DNA from: a virus
Virus record (IMG/VR): IMGVR_UViG_3300033143_001219
Location: 1-64,000 of that record
DNA: 64,000 nucleotides
Strand: one strand, 5' to 3'
The position numbers were made by a program, and so were the translations under genes. The notes below the pieces were generated by a model. That model was given only the letters and a program-made list of their open reading frames with translations. It was not told the origin of the DNA and did no database searches. Positions 46,301 to 55,751 of the stretch are shown piece by piece; within the stretch, counting starts at the first letter, position 1, and the number at the start of each line of letters is the position of its first letter.

Positions 46301-49300
46301 AAAAGCTGAGTAAGGGTCACCTTTACCTTGTTCAAGTACTGCGACTACGGCGCTTATTATTGCTAACCCTTGTTGTACTGCTGCGAATGCTTCTGCTTGT
46401 TTAGAACCCTCATCAAATGCTTTAGATAATGCACCTACAGCTTGACTAGCTAGTTGTAAATAATCTTGCATTTCTGCTTTATTCTTTCCAGAGAATTTCT
46501 CCCCAAAAGATTCAAACGCTAAGGCTAGTGAGAATATAGCTTCACTAACATTGTCTCCAGCTTCTTTAGCTATTTTAGTCATAGCTAATAAACCTGCAGT
46601 GAAATTATTAATCTTGTCATTATCTAGAGCAGCGTATAATTCATTTATAGTTTCTCTAAAAGGATCTAAGTTATCTATTACAGATTTTATTTGTGAATTA
46701 ATATTAGTTGCAAAATCAATATCATCTTTATCCTTTAATTCTTTTTCAATATCATCTGTATTAGTAACACCATTTTTCTTTAATTTAGCTATCACCTGCA
46801 ATCTTTTAATCTGTGCCAGCTCTTGTTTAGTAGCTAAAGCACCCGCTTTTAGTATTTCGAAAGCATTAGCATTAGTAGCTTTTAATTGTAAAACCATTTC
46901 CGCAGTTAACTTCTTAATATTAACTAATCTACTTGCATCATTAGCGGCTATGTTTTTAGTTATTTGTTCTACAAGTTTCTGGGCTGTTGCATATGCCGTC
47001 GTTTCCTTAGTACCCTTTAGCGCAAGTTCTGCGGCTTTAGCAGTCGCTAGATTTGATTGTAGTTTTTGTTTAGTTATTATAAATTCTTTATCCACACGAT
47101 CACTTAGTAGTACACCAAATTCACGCATATACTCTAACTCTGCTTTTTCAGATACAATTCTCTGCTGTATAATTTTGTTCTGTGCTATCAATGAGTCTAC
47201 AGAAGGAAGGCTATTTTTAGATATAGCTATAGCGAAATCTTCTGCAGCTTTTGAAGAAGCTACCATACGCTCTGCTAATTCCAAAGCTTTTACTGATATA
47301 CCTTCTATAGATATAGCAACATCAAGATAACCTTGATACAATTCTTCTCTAATTACTCTTGCTTGTTCTACAGACACACTTAAGCCTGCAGCAACTTCCT
47401 TAGTAGTTTTACCAAGTTCTTTCTGCAATACCTTAACTTGCTTTATATAATTAGCAGTAATTTTACTTCTATTCTCTAACAACTTATTATTTAACTGTTG
47501 TCTTAAACTTTCACCAGACTTTAAAGACTTCTCAAGTCCTGCAATATCTTTTTTAGGTGCCGTTTCTATTTCTTTTTTAGTATCTTTTATAGCTTGTTCT
47601 ACAGCTTTTAAATCAAATCTAACTTGTGATGTAACAGTATTTACATACTTGTTCTCAGCATCTGTTAATTCATTTAATAACCTTAATCTTGTTTTTAGTC
47701 CCTTACTTTCCTCAATATTAGAAACAGCATTTCTAGACCTTATATCTGCTATTTCTTTTTGGGCATTTACTATTGCTTGGAATCTTTTTTGTACCCTACC
47801 AAGTTGCTCAATTATGCCTGCAGATTGTTCTTTAAGTTTTGCATTAATTTCCTCTATACTACTTGAATACGATTGTATAAGAGATGTTAAAATCCCAAAC
47901 TCCCTTTCTGTTTCTTTAGTTATAAATGATGTATAATCTTGGCCACCACCAGTAGCTAGTCCACCAGATGAAGCTCGTAGATCTTGCAACTTCTTTAATT
48001 CTTTCTTAGCATTTGTAAGATTTTTAGTATAATCATCTAAGTCAACTTTAATATTCGATATATTTTTAGCAATACCCGATAAACCTAGTTGACGTAAATC
48101 AAAATTATTTAACTTTTCTATTGCTGATATTACTGTAAAAATATTCGTAGCATCTAGGTTGCGTAGTATAACATTTAAATTAAAGAAAGCTTTTTCAATA
48201 CCAGTCAATGCTGGTAGCCCGTCGTTTAGTTGTGTTAAACCTTTACTAAGTTCATCCAGAGATTCTGTAATAACATTATTTAAGTCTAATGTTCCAGCAG
48301 CATCCTCTTGCTTAGCTCTTAATAATTTAAATAATTTTTCTGCAGCATATTCTGCTTCCTCGCCACTAAGTCTAGTTAGTTTATTGAATTGTTTAAGTAT
48401 TCTATTTGTATCTTCGCTAAACCCAAATTTATTCAATACCTTAGTAATTGTTACTAATTGGTCTTTTAATTCATCTAGATTTCCTAATGCGAATGCATCT
48501 AAGAAATTATCTATGCTATCAAATCCACCACTTAAGTCAAGATCTTTTAATGTATTTTCTAAGTTAGCTGATAGTGTACCAAATGTATTAGATAATAATT
48601 TTGCTTTCTTTGCTATGTTATCTAAAGTATCTGGTAAATCTTTTAATTTTGAGTTATAGTATTCCGCACTTTTAGCTGCCGTTTTAAGTGCCTCTGTATT
48701 ATCTTCTAATGTTTCACTAAAATCTACTAAAGATCCCTCATATATGAATCCTTTAATTGCCTCAAATGCTGAGGAAAGTAGTGACCATGCAAATACAACT
48801 TGCCCTATAATAGGTATCCATTTTAGAAAAGCCCCTCCAATACCACCTATAGTAGCACCTAATAAAGAGAATGCTCTAGTTAAACCTTTCGTAGTTAGTG
48901 CTAGATACTTAAGTTCATCTCTCAATCCTGCAAAACCGTGCTGATAACCTGCTAATGCACCTGATATAGTTGCTGAGGAAATCGCACTAGTAAATGCTAG
49001 AACCTTAGTTTTTGCAAAGGCAAATGTTGTTGAAACACCTTGACCAAATTGTTGCAAGCTACTTTGAGCCTTTATAGCACCACCGCTTATTTTTTTTATT
49101 ACAGAATTTGTTTCGCCTAACTCTTCACGTAATTCATCTAAGTGAGTTTCATTAAATCCCTGTGATACTTTAGTACCATTTTCCAGAGCTCGTATAACTC
49201 CCTGTAATCCTTTCTTATAAGATTTTAAACCCCTCTCCGTATCAGTACCAAATTTAAATGCATCTTGAAAGTTTTTACCTACTCTGTTAGTTTTCTGCAC

Positions 49301-50431
49301 TACCTTTTGTATACCTTCTACACCCCTAGCAAACTTAGTTAATTCTTTCCTAGCAGCTTCGCTGGTTCCCTTTATATTTTTAGCCCAGTTGACTTGAGTG
49401 GCTTCAGCTTTCTTTAATGCTGCGGAGGCTCTTTCTGTAGCACTTATTAATTTAGTTTCCATTACTTCTACAAAGTTAGATAACGCCGGAAATGCTTTTC
49501 TTAATATAGAAACTGAAAACAATACTATGGCGGCAGTTAGCGCAGCCACATTCTCAGTTAAAAAGGTTAATACCGGAGTAATAGGTACATTTATTATTTG
49601 TATTAATGATGCCGAAATATTTTGGAATGATGAAGATAGTTGTGTAAATGCATTAACATCTACTTCAGAAAATTCACTAAATTTATCTTCACCTTGTTCT
49701 AGTACAGCATTTACAACTGCTTGTTGTTTTTCAAAAGTAGTTAAGGCATTAGCTGACTTACCTAAAGCAGCGGCGTAATTTCTAGCTGCAGTATCTAATC
49801 TAAGTATAATACCTAATTCATCTAATAGTTCCGGTTCAGCTTTTATGGCACCTTTAAATACACGATTTAAAGAGTCTGTCATATCTCTACCTAAAGCTAC
49901 AGATGCGTTTCTAGCTACTTGAGTTAGGTTTTTAATAGTTTTATCATCAAAACCTGCAGACGCAGCTATACTAGCGCTTTCCAACGCTTCTTTCATAGTT
50001 ATAGCATTATTTGTAATTTCTTGCATACCTTCACTTAAGGTAACAAGAGATCTACCAGTTTGTACGGCTAAAGTTTCTGCAGAGTCTGTTAGAATTTTCA
50101 AGTCAGCGGCACGTTTAAGTGCGCCGAAAGCAGCTGTTAGTGCGAAGACGGTAGCTGCTACTGTTGCATAGGCGGGAACAAGAGTGCCTGTCATACCTTG
50201 AGCCATTTTAGAAAATGACTTAGTTTGATTATTAGTAAGCTGACCTACACCTTTAGCTTTTTTAGAATACTTATCTTGTTTATTACTAACCTTATCAAAT
50301 GATTCACCAGTATCTTGTACTGTAGAACTCATACCCGTTAAATTACGGTTGAGATTTTGTATCTCTTTTGTAATGCCTTTAAATCCAGTTCCGATTAACT
50401 TTAAAATATATTCTTGCTTAATTGCTGCCAT
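43331..50431 (-). CDS. Tape measure protein (2366 aa)
   Basis: T5 pb2-like N-terminus (FSKMAQGM...AYATVAA, KAEPELLDELGI), TM segments, follows chaperones. Confidence 0.9.
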   Translation of the reverse strand: MAAIKQEYILKLIGTGFKGITKEIQNLNRNLTGMSSTVQDTGESFDKVSNKQDKYSKKAKGVGQLTNNQTKSFSKMAQGMTGTLVPAYATVAATVFALTAAFGALKRAADLKILTDSAETLAVQTGRSLVTLSEGMQEITNNAITMKEALESASIAASAGFDDKTIKNLTQVARNASVALGRDMTDSLNRVFKGAIKAEPELLDELGIILRLDTAARNYAAALGKSANALTTFEKQQAVVNAVLEQGEDKFSEFSEVDVNAFTQLSSSFQNISASLIQIINVPITPVLTFLTENVAALTAAIVLFSVSILRKAFPALSNFVEVMETKLISATERASAALKKAEATQVNWAKNIKGTSEAARKELTKFARGVEGIQKVVQKTNRVGKNFQDAFKFGTDTERGLKSYKKGLQGVIRALENGTKVSQGFNETHLDELREELGETNSVIKKISGGAIKAQSSLQQFGQGVSTTFAFAKTKVLAFTSAISSATISGALAGYQHGFAGLRDELKYLALTTKGLTRAFSLLGATIGGIGGAFLKWIPIIGQVVFAWSLLSSAFEAIKGFIYEGSLVDFSETLEDNTEALKTAAKSAEYYNSKLKDLPDTLDNIAKKAKLLSNTFGTLSANLENTLKDLDLSGGFDSIDNFLDAFALGNLDELKDQLVTITKVLNKFGFSEDTNRILKQFNKLTRLSGEEAEYAAEKLFKLLRAKQEDAAGTLDLNNVITESLDELSKGLTQLNDGLPALTGIEKAFFNLNVILRNLDATNIFTVISAIEKLNNFDLRQLGLSGIAKNISNIKVDLDDYTKNLTNAKKELKKLQDLRASSGGLATGGGQDYTSFITKETEREFGILTSLIQSYSSSIEEINAKLKEQSAGIIEQLGRVQKRFQAIVNAQKEIADIRSRNAVSNIEESKGLKTRLRLLNELTDAENKYVNTVTSQVRFDLKAVEQAIKDTKKEIETAPKKDIAGLEKSLKSGESLRQQLNNKLLENRSKITANYIKQVKVLQKELGKTTKEVAAGLSVSVEQARVIREELYQGYLDVAISIEGISVKALELAERMVASSKAAEDFAIAISKNSLPSVDSLIAQNKIIQQRIVSEKAELEYMREFGVLLSDRVDKEFIITKQKLQSNLATAKAAELALKGTKETTAYATAQKLVEQITKNIAANDASRLVNIKKLTAEMVLQLKATNANAFEILKAGALATKQELAQIKRLQVIAKLKKNGVTNTDDIEKELKDKDDIDFATNINSQIKSVIDNLDPFRETINELYAALDNDKINNFTAGLLAMTKIAKEAGDNVSEAIFSLALAFESFGEKFSGKNKAEMQDYLQLASQAVGALSKAFDEGSKQAEAFAAVQQGLAIISAVVAVLEQGKGDPYSAFARIAAMAGLVTSILSAANMSFGGVSGSATAGEDYTATIGSQGLVGTDLISNSLVNSIDELVKTNTELFSAERELQIAINNLGDIFLGVARVFAVQLGGFGEASAATNFGQVFGKQEFAIKSGSGQSYSEINELINKTETSGLAEAGISDFLKEIGFSTQEITNSLVDSGIQFGATIQLVGSELSFNLENASAVLVTQVTTTTNDWWGLISKTSTRLETLYRALPQTLENALSFALANTLNTITSIFTVFGNAVDTNLTTLFSDIGIISIDTLRISLKDKSVQEQSDAIAAWFSNMGNTVISKVIPFITDFARAGEELSDTLIRITNTTIQLSNSFNKLGLDISFIVSTGNLSTTINSALEALKLEMVASWQEAFLRNFKDLDEFNVLFDKFSNALFTETELLEISLATATDTVGNGFDILRQELIARGDLDLLATLGPDNTSEALRAVYELGQETNAFATVVDVATGEIDSSGADLFATMIQLGAALDDQQQAIVELEDSIDNLNQQYERQIALFGLLGKELELLQLSFDFEDAVKEAMETGTEMSLVETYYGLLRLDIIRDYNQRIVDSIEDTMLSINGSILTVLQSALGWNEVSYQSIRVTKIVDKLATSLGNIGQGINFSVFSDLSDTSEFLTTLEKFIEITVGSGETITDQINLVEELQNAVMARYEAEVAAAEDLESSIMDSISALKDLSEEIGNFLDDLFVGDLSPLTNAQKLAEAQTQFDTNLQNVLSQDTELAEAARGDLLQSASTLLELANVFWAIGPEYQAIFNNVVGALESIDQNLLAEIGLSEETLAINSLEDSLTELQLQTITQLQTLDDILVALNEQNTINLNNELTALMPSVVNNLDAILVKLDQVNNDSWNPILTQLTMLNNTMGNFAMNSFASGAEEISYDQVAMIHKGETILTSDTSKSIRSGDSIYGTADALSTNSGDNSDIVSAISILTQVVASGNEDMLNKNEELRVATKDVGTSIGFSKTASTKGIV

Positions 50432-51006
50432 TAAGGTACCTTGAATGTTTCTGTATTACCAGACGTTAATAATCCAGTATTTATTTTTAAATGATCTATA
50501 TTTTTAGACCATTGTTTTTCTAATTCTCTAGCTTCTGAGCCTAGAGTAAATTCTCTCAGTAATATTATTTCCGGAATGCTACCGAAATGCTTAAATCTTA
50601 TTGAGGGTTTATTACTAATACCAAATTTATATATGTCATAATCTGAAAAATATATTAAGTAAGTTGTACCTGATATACTGCTATTGAATGAACTATTACA
50701 CATAGGACACCCATGACCACTTAATATTGTGCGTGGTGGTACTTTCCATTCAAAGCCACATGAATGCTTATGTAATATTTTAATATTTGCACCCAAATAT
50801 AATTCAAGCACTAGTATATCGGTAGGTACTTGAGTTATATATTTAGCATGTGTTTTATTATAATTTGTACTATATAATTTAAATCTATTAGCTTGATGAC
50901 TTACTGATATTGAAGTCCTTTTAAGCTCATTTCCTATTTCTTTATGAGTCCATCCTTTTTCTAAAGCTACACTCATAAAATCTATTTCATCTAATTCCCA
51001 TTTCAT
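50431..51006 (-). CDS. Free-standing homing endonuclease-like protein (Zn ribbon + GIY-YIG-like)
   Basis: HSCGFEW...GHGCPMC; YLI...YKFGIS; inserted between chaperone and tape measure. Confidence 0.6.
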   Translation of the reverse strand: MKWELDEIDFMSVALEKGWTHKEIGNELKRTSISVSHQANRFKLYSTNYNKTHAKYITQVPTDILVLELYLGANIKILHKHSCGFEWKVPPRTILSGHGCPMCNSSFNSSISGTTYLIYFSDYDIYKFGISNKPSIRFKHFGSIPEIILLREFTLGSEARELEKQWSKNIDHLKINTGLLTSGNTETFKVP

Positions 51007-51073
51007 ATTTATCCCCAATAAGATAGGCTAGGGGATGTATTGGCATCCCCAAGGTGATCAAACCGTTTCGCCT

Positions 51074-51403
51074 TTATTTTTTACTATTCTTGTTTTTTCG
51101 TTGTTTATGTTTTTGTTCCGCAGCCCTCTGTGCCATAATTAATCTATCTATTAAAGTAATAAACTGAACTAGCTGAGCCTTGTTATCTACCTTATAAACT
51201 TCTTCTGCTAAATAAGGTAATAATATGTAGTCTTTACCCATATAGGTTCCACTCATACCCTCCCACTTGTCTGGGAGGATTGCGTGAATATTCATGGCTG
51301 TTTGAACGATATGTGGAAAATCTTCAAAGTCGGCAGGCATCTCGTCATCTAGAGGTACTTTGCCTAACTGCTCACACATATCAATATACTTATTTTTAGT
51401 CAT
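51074..51403 (-). CDS. Tail assembly chaperone, frameshift (GT) portion
   Basis: PDKWEGMSGTYMGKD; reachable by -1 shift from upstream gene. Confidence 0.8.
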   Translation of the reverse strand: MTKNKYIDMCEQLGKVPLDDEMPADFEDFPHIVQTAMNIHAILPDKWEGMSGTYMGKDYILLPYLAEEVYKVDNKAQLVQFITLIDRLIMAQRAAEQKHKQRKNKNSKK

Positions 51404-51447
51404 TTTAACACTAGAATTATTATAAAAATTCTTTAATTTAATTTCTA

Positions 51448-51864
51448 TTAATTCGAGCTGCTTTTCGAAAAATTTTCAACATCATCAAGTACCGAAGTAA
51501 CCCAGTTGTCAAAGTCTACACCATTCTTCATTAGCATTTCTGCATTTGCTGTACTAAATTCTAATTCATCTTCCATATCATCGACAATAGATAAGTCTAT
51601 TGGTAACATAGTTTTTAAGTATTTATACTTAAGGCCTTCCCATCCATTAAGGATAGCTGCTATATATAACTCTTGAAACAAGTCATTATCGACTTCTTCC
51701 TTCATTTGTCTTGTTTTTCTATCTAATTTTTGACTAGTACACTTATCTCTTATTTTCATTAATTCATCTTTAGTAAGATAAGATAATGTTACCACGAAGC
51801 CAGGCATACCTGGGTAGTCTACTTCCGTAGTTGAAATTGGTACCATTAATTTTGATAAATCCAT
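51448..51864 (-). CDS. Tail assembly chaperone (G)
   Basis: YPGMPGF.V.L.YL; downstream of tail tube gene. Confidence 0.85.
   Translation of the reverse strand: MDLSKLMVPISTTEVDYPGMPGFVVTLSYLTKDELMKIRDKCTSQKLDRKTRQMKEEVDNDLFQELYIAAILNGWEGLKYKYLKTMLPIDLSIVDDMEDELEFSTANAEMLMKNGVDFDNWVTSVLDDVENFSKSSSN
51469..51475 (-). other. -1 ribosomal slippery site A-AAT-TTT
   Basis: The -1 frame is open from here into the 51403 ORF (FEKQLELIEIKLKNFYNNSSVKMTK). Confidence 0.75.
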
Positions 51865-51912
51865 TTTGTAAATCTCCTTAAAAGTGAGGGGGATTAATCC
51901 CCCTCTATATTA

Positions 51913-53316
51913 TTATGTTGCTGGTAAATATTGAACTGTTATTTCATTTGTATCTTCAAAACTAGCAATACCGTTACCAGTATCCCAAGGTTGAGCACTA
52001 AATGTAATTTCTGTTGTTAATACGTCTTCTACACCTGTACTAGGAATACCTATCTGTGCATAAGGTATATTGAAGTATACTCTTGGATTAGTAGTTGTAG
52101 TACCACCCATTTGAAATGTTAACGTAAAGTTATTTGACACTTCATTGATCTTAACTAATAGATCTTGTAGTAACCCACCTGAACCTTCGGCACCAGTATT
52201 TAAGTATGCTGTTAATGTACCTGAAGTTGATCTGCTTCCTGAAAAACCAGCTAAAGGTTGGTTAACCACTGCTAATTCTTCCGGTGTTAAATATGTGAAG
52301 TTATTTTCAATTGTTAGAGTTGCTCCAGTAATTGGAATTGTATAAGAAACAGCTGCATGTGACCCTGGTAAATGTAAATCAAGGACATCTGCTGCGTTCC
52401 ACGCAGTAATATCATCTGCACCAGATACAGTTACTGTAGAGGCTGCACCAGTTGTATGTGAAATAATAGTTGCCCAAGAAGTTGTATCTGTATTATATAT
52501 TCTACCACCATCATATTCATTAGCAGTAACTATATTAATATCTGTAGTTATAACTTGAGATGCTGCAGAAGTAAAGGTTCCTGATTGCTCACCTGTACCT
52601 GCCACACCTTGATTATCAGTTAATACTAAAGTACTTAACTTATTACGTATAAATGATGCTGACGTTGTTGTAGGCATCGCTGTATAATCAGTTCCAGCAA
52701 TCCAAGTTGCAACTTCTGTATCCATATTTTCACTTTCTGTAAGTGTTGATCCTTGTCCAGACCAGTTAATTGTTGCAATACCATCAATACTGAAATCAAC
52801 TTCTGTAGTAGAGATATTAAAATCTTCTATTACATATGTTGTATTACCTAGATCAAATATTAGTGTTAAAGCTAATAATTCATTAGAATTAGATGTTTCT
52901 AATCCAAATGTCATATCTTCTGTACCTGCACCATTAGTTGAACTATAAGTAGATGGTGGTGTACCTGCACCTGCATCGTTACTATTAGTGAAACCTGTTG
53001 CAGTACCTAAAGCACTAGACCATAGAATTTTTTCACCTGAATCTCCATATGTTGATGTTATAAATGATCTGATATATGTACTGAATGATACATCTACAGG
53101 ATTAAGAGCAGTATTAAATGTTCTTGATCCACGTACTGGTGATGTACCAGCTTCGTTAATACTAATCTCTTGATTAGTTAAGTCTTGTGAGAAACTGTAC
53201 CCGTCTAATACCTTTACTTCGAATGTATCTGCTGTAGATGCACTTCCTGCTTCTAAAGCAGTTCTAGTTAATGTAGATGCATACAGTTTCGTATCTCTTG
53301 CTAAACTTCTAGCCAT
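51913..53316 (-). CDS. Major tail tube protein (T5 pb6-like)
   Basis: LDGYSFSQ, FNTALNP, DFSIDGIATINWSG, FIRNKLS. Confidence 0.9.
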   Translation of the reverse strand: MARSLARDTKLYASTLTRTALEAGSASTADTFEVKVLDGYSFSQDLTNQEISINEAGTSPVRGSRTFNTALNPVDVSFSTYIRSFITSTYGDSGEKILWSSALGTATGFTNSNDAGAGTPPSTYSSTNGAGTEDMTFGLETSNSNELLALTLIFDLGNTTYVIEDFNISTTEVDFSIDGIATINWSGQGSTLTESENMDTEVATWIAGTDYTAMPTTTSASFIRNKLSTLVLTDNQGVAGTGEQSGTFTSAASQVITTDINIVTANEYDGGRIYNTDTTSWATIISHTTGAASTVTVSGADDITAWNAADVLDLHLPGSHAAVSYTIPITGATLTIENNFTYLTPEELAVVNQPLAGFSGSRSTSGTLTAYLNTGAEGSGGLLQDLLVKINEVSNNFTLTFQMGGTTTTNPRVYFNIPYAQIGIPSTGVEDVLTTEITFSAQPWDTGNGIASFEDTNEITVQYLPAT

Positions 53317-53364
53317 TAGTTTATTCTCCTTAATATTTGTAGTTTAGATTTATTAGATTTTTAT

Positions 53365-53805
53365 CTAATTACTCTCTAAATCATACAATATTTTAATAGT
53401 CATCTCGCCTACGCCGATAGGTGCTAATAACCCTTCATCTGTGTTTATAGTTAATATTTGCATATCTTCTATCATTTTATTTGTATCATACTCTAGGGTG
53501 CCGAACCCATCTATGATTCTTTCTATATCTTCTAGAATCCCTTCTAATTCTTCCTCTGGGTTTTCGCTTTTAACATATATTCTTATGTTTACTAAAAGGT
53601 TTGCCCATTTAAATGCTGATGGGAGGTAGTCTCTTGTTTCTTGTCCTGCTGTTAAAAATACAGTAGGGTAGTCATCTACCTCGTCCCAAAATTTTAATTT
53701 GTTGTAAACTCTACGTCTTAAGTCTGAATTATAGAGCCCTGCTCCATTCACTTCTTCAGAAATTGTGTTTACTAATGCAGTTACTATTTTTGTTCTATAT
53801 GACAT
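53365..53805 (-). CDS. Tail terminator (T5 p142-like)
   Basis: RTKI..AL, TDEGLLAPIGVGE. Confidence 0.85.
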   Translation of the reverse strand: MSYRTKIVTALVNTISEEVNGAGLYNSDLRRRVYNKLKFWDEVDDYPTVFLTAGQETRDYLPSAFKWANLLVNIRIYVKSENPEEELEGILEDIERIIDGFGTLEYDTNKMIEDMQILTINTDEGLLAPIGVGEMTIKILYDLESN

Positions 53806-55068
53806 TTATACTAACCCCAATGCTATGCCAGGAAACTTTCTCTTCATGATAGCTAATGCTAATTCTCTAATAGAACCCTCAATATATAAACTAGGGTTTC
53901 TTTTGAGTGTACCTAATCTATGACCGGGTGCAAATACTTCATAAGGATTTTTCTGATACGTATAAGTACCAGCTAATACTCCTGCTTTATTTCTTGTCAA
54001 TGTAAGCATCTTTGCTGACTCAGCAAATCTACCTGTTTGATTTCTTAGTAATACCGGAGGATCATGTGGCTCTCCCATATTATCTTTAATTTGTTGAGAT
54101 AGTGATTCATTTATTAATGCCATTATACTAAATAATGGTAAATCCGCACCAGCTCCTAACTGTTTGAATGTTGGTAACTTTGGTAACTTTTTATTTTTAA
54201 GCTTATCTCTAGCAGCTCTTACTTTCGTAGACCTTGCCTTTTTGATTTCAGTTTTACTTACATTCTTTCTATTCTGATTTCTACCTTTCTTACCTAGTAT
54301 CGCGGTAGTTAACATATTCTGTACATCTTTTACAAAGTTTGGCGAAAAGCCAACATTTTGTATTCCTAGTTGTTGTGCTAACTCTTCCACTTTGTAAGTA
54401 GTCTTCAGTTCTTTTTCTACCATAGATACAACTAACTTAGACAATTTACCTTTATAAGCATTTATTGCAGTTGGCTTTACTTCTATGGAAATTTTGCCTC
54501 TACCATTACTTAAACTAACATTTGTTTCTTTCAGTAGTTTAACTGATAATGACATATCATTTTCTGATAATGATATAAGCTCTGGTATTTCTTTTATGGT
54601 AGCTCCAGAACTGTTAAGATTTTTAATTTTACTTAGTACTACTTTAGCTTTACTTATAAGTACAGCTTGTCTTTTACTTATATTTCCTAAGTGTCTTAAG
54701 TTAGTTTCAAGTATATTCATTTTTAATAATGCTAATGATATATCACCCTTATCTAACATATCATCACTAAATATATTTCTAATATCTTGTAGATAAGCTA
54801 AGTTTTCTATACTACTGCCATCTACACTTTCATCTTTATTAGCTTTAACTATTTCTAAATTTATTATACTTATTAAGTAATCTTTTTCTTGTGCTAATAA
54901 ATTCATGTATTGCAAAGGTAAATCTTCTAAGATTCTACCTATTGATTTTGCTGTAACTGCGGATCTTTTCTTAGATGCAGTTTCAAATTGTTTTATTGAT
55001 AAATGCACGGAATCAGAACTTGAGTTACCTAATACTTTGAAACTTTTAAAACTTTTAAATTTTATCAT
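53806..55068 (-). CDS. Tail completion/neck protein (T5 p143-like, extended)
   Basis: C-terminal LRNQTGRFAES...YTYQKNPYEVF...SIRELA. Confidence 0.7.
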   Translation of the reverse strand: MIKFKSFKSFKVLGNSSSDSVHLSIKQFETASKKRSAVTAKSIGRILEDLPLQYMNLLAQEKDYLISIINLEIVKANKDESVDGSSIENLAYLQDIRNIFSDDMLDKGDISLALLKMNILETNLRHLGNISKRQAVLISKAKVVLSKIKNLNSSGATIKEIPELISLSENDMSLSVKLLKETNVSLSNGRGKISIEVKPTAINAYKGKLSKLVVSMVEKELKTTYKVEELAQQLGIQNVGFSPNFVKDVQNMLTTAILGKKGRNQNRKNVSKTEIKKARSTKVRAARDKLKNKKLPKLPTFKQLGAGADLPLFSIMALINESLSQQIKDNMGEPHDPPVLLRNQTGRFAESAKMLTLTRNKAGVLAGTYTYQKNPYEVFAPGHRLGTLKRNPSLYIEGSIRELALAIMKRKFPGIALGLV

Positions 55069-55070
55069 AA

Positions 55071-55646
55071 TTATAAATCAACAGACCTATAGTGATCTAG
55101 TACTCTTCTTATATGTGCAGGTAATCTAGCTGTGTTATCTGCCATAATTATATTTTCAACTGTAACGCCCGAAAAAGCTTTCTTAGCTGTATATTGTTCA
55201 TCTAAAAAATACTCTACTAGATGCGCTGATGATAGTTTTAAATCTTCAGGTATTTTCTCATACCCTCCCTTATAAACTAACTCTACGCTGTTTGTTGGCA
55301 CTACTGCGTCAACAAAACAATCAATAGTAGAAACTATTCGAGAATTCGCTGTATCTATTACATAGTGAGTATACTCGTCCAATGTAGTAGCATATGTTTC
55401 TCCGTTATCCGAAGAAGTCTTTAATGTAGTTACTGATACGATTGGGTATACAGATGGGTATATTTCAATATTTGTACCATCAAAGTATTCCGTTTTATCA
55501 GTTGTATAATAATCAGTAAAAGACCTATTACAGTAACTAGATATAAATGAGTTTGTTGCTTTTATCACTTGCGTAATACCAGCATCTCTATCTGTACTTG
55601 TAATATTTTTTATTGCTTTATACTCTTGTAATGTTAAAATTGCCAT
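55071..55646 (-). CDS. Head completion/adaptor protein (T5 p144-like)
   Basis: YKGGY..IPEDLKL, LPAHIRRVLDHYR. Confidence 0.85.
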   Translation of the reverse strand: MAILTLQEYKAIKNITSTDRDAGITQVIKATNSFISSYCNRSFTDYYTTDKTEYFDGTNIEIYPSVYPIVSVTTLKTSSDNGETYATTLDEYTHYVIDTANSRIVSTIDCFVDAVVPTNSVELVYKGGYEKIPEDLKLSSAHLVEYFLDEQYTAKKAFSGVTVENIIMADNTARLPAHIRRVLDHYRSVDL

Positions 55647-55656
55647 TGTTATCCTT

Positions 55657-55690
55657 AAAAAGGGTGGGGGTGCAAAGCACCCCCTACCTA
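55657..55690 (-). terminator. Terminator after capsid gene
   Basis: GGGGGTGC/GCACCCCC hairpin + T5 on - strand. Confidence 0.75.
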
Positions 55691-55751
55691 AGCCAAATTA
55701 AGCAGCTCAAAAGTAAACCTAAGAAGGTTCACTGTTATCTTATTATGTAGC

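Noticed and set aside
45045-49778. Long + strand ORFs inside the tape measure gene
   Set aside because: Antisense shadows, S/L-rich, no SD.
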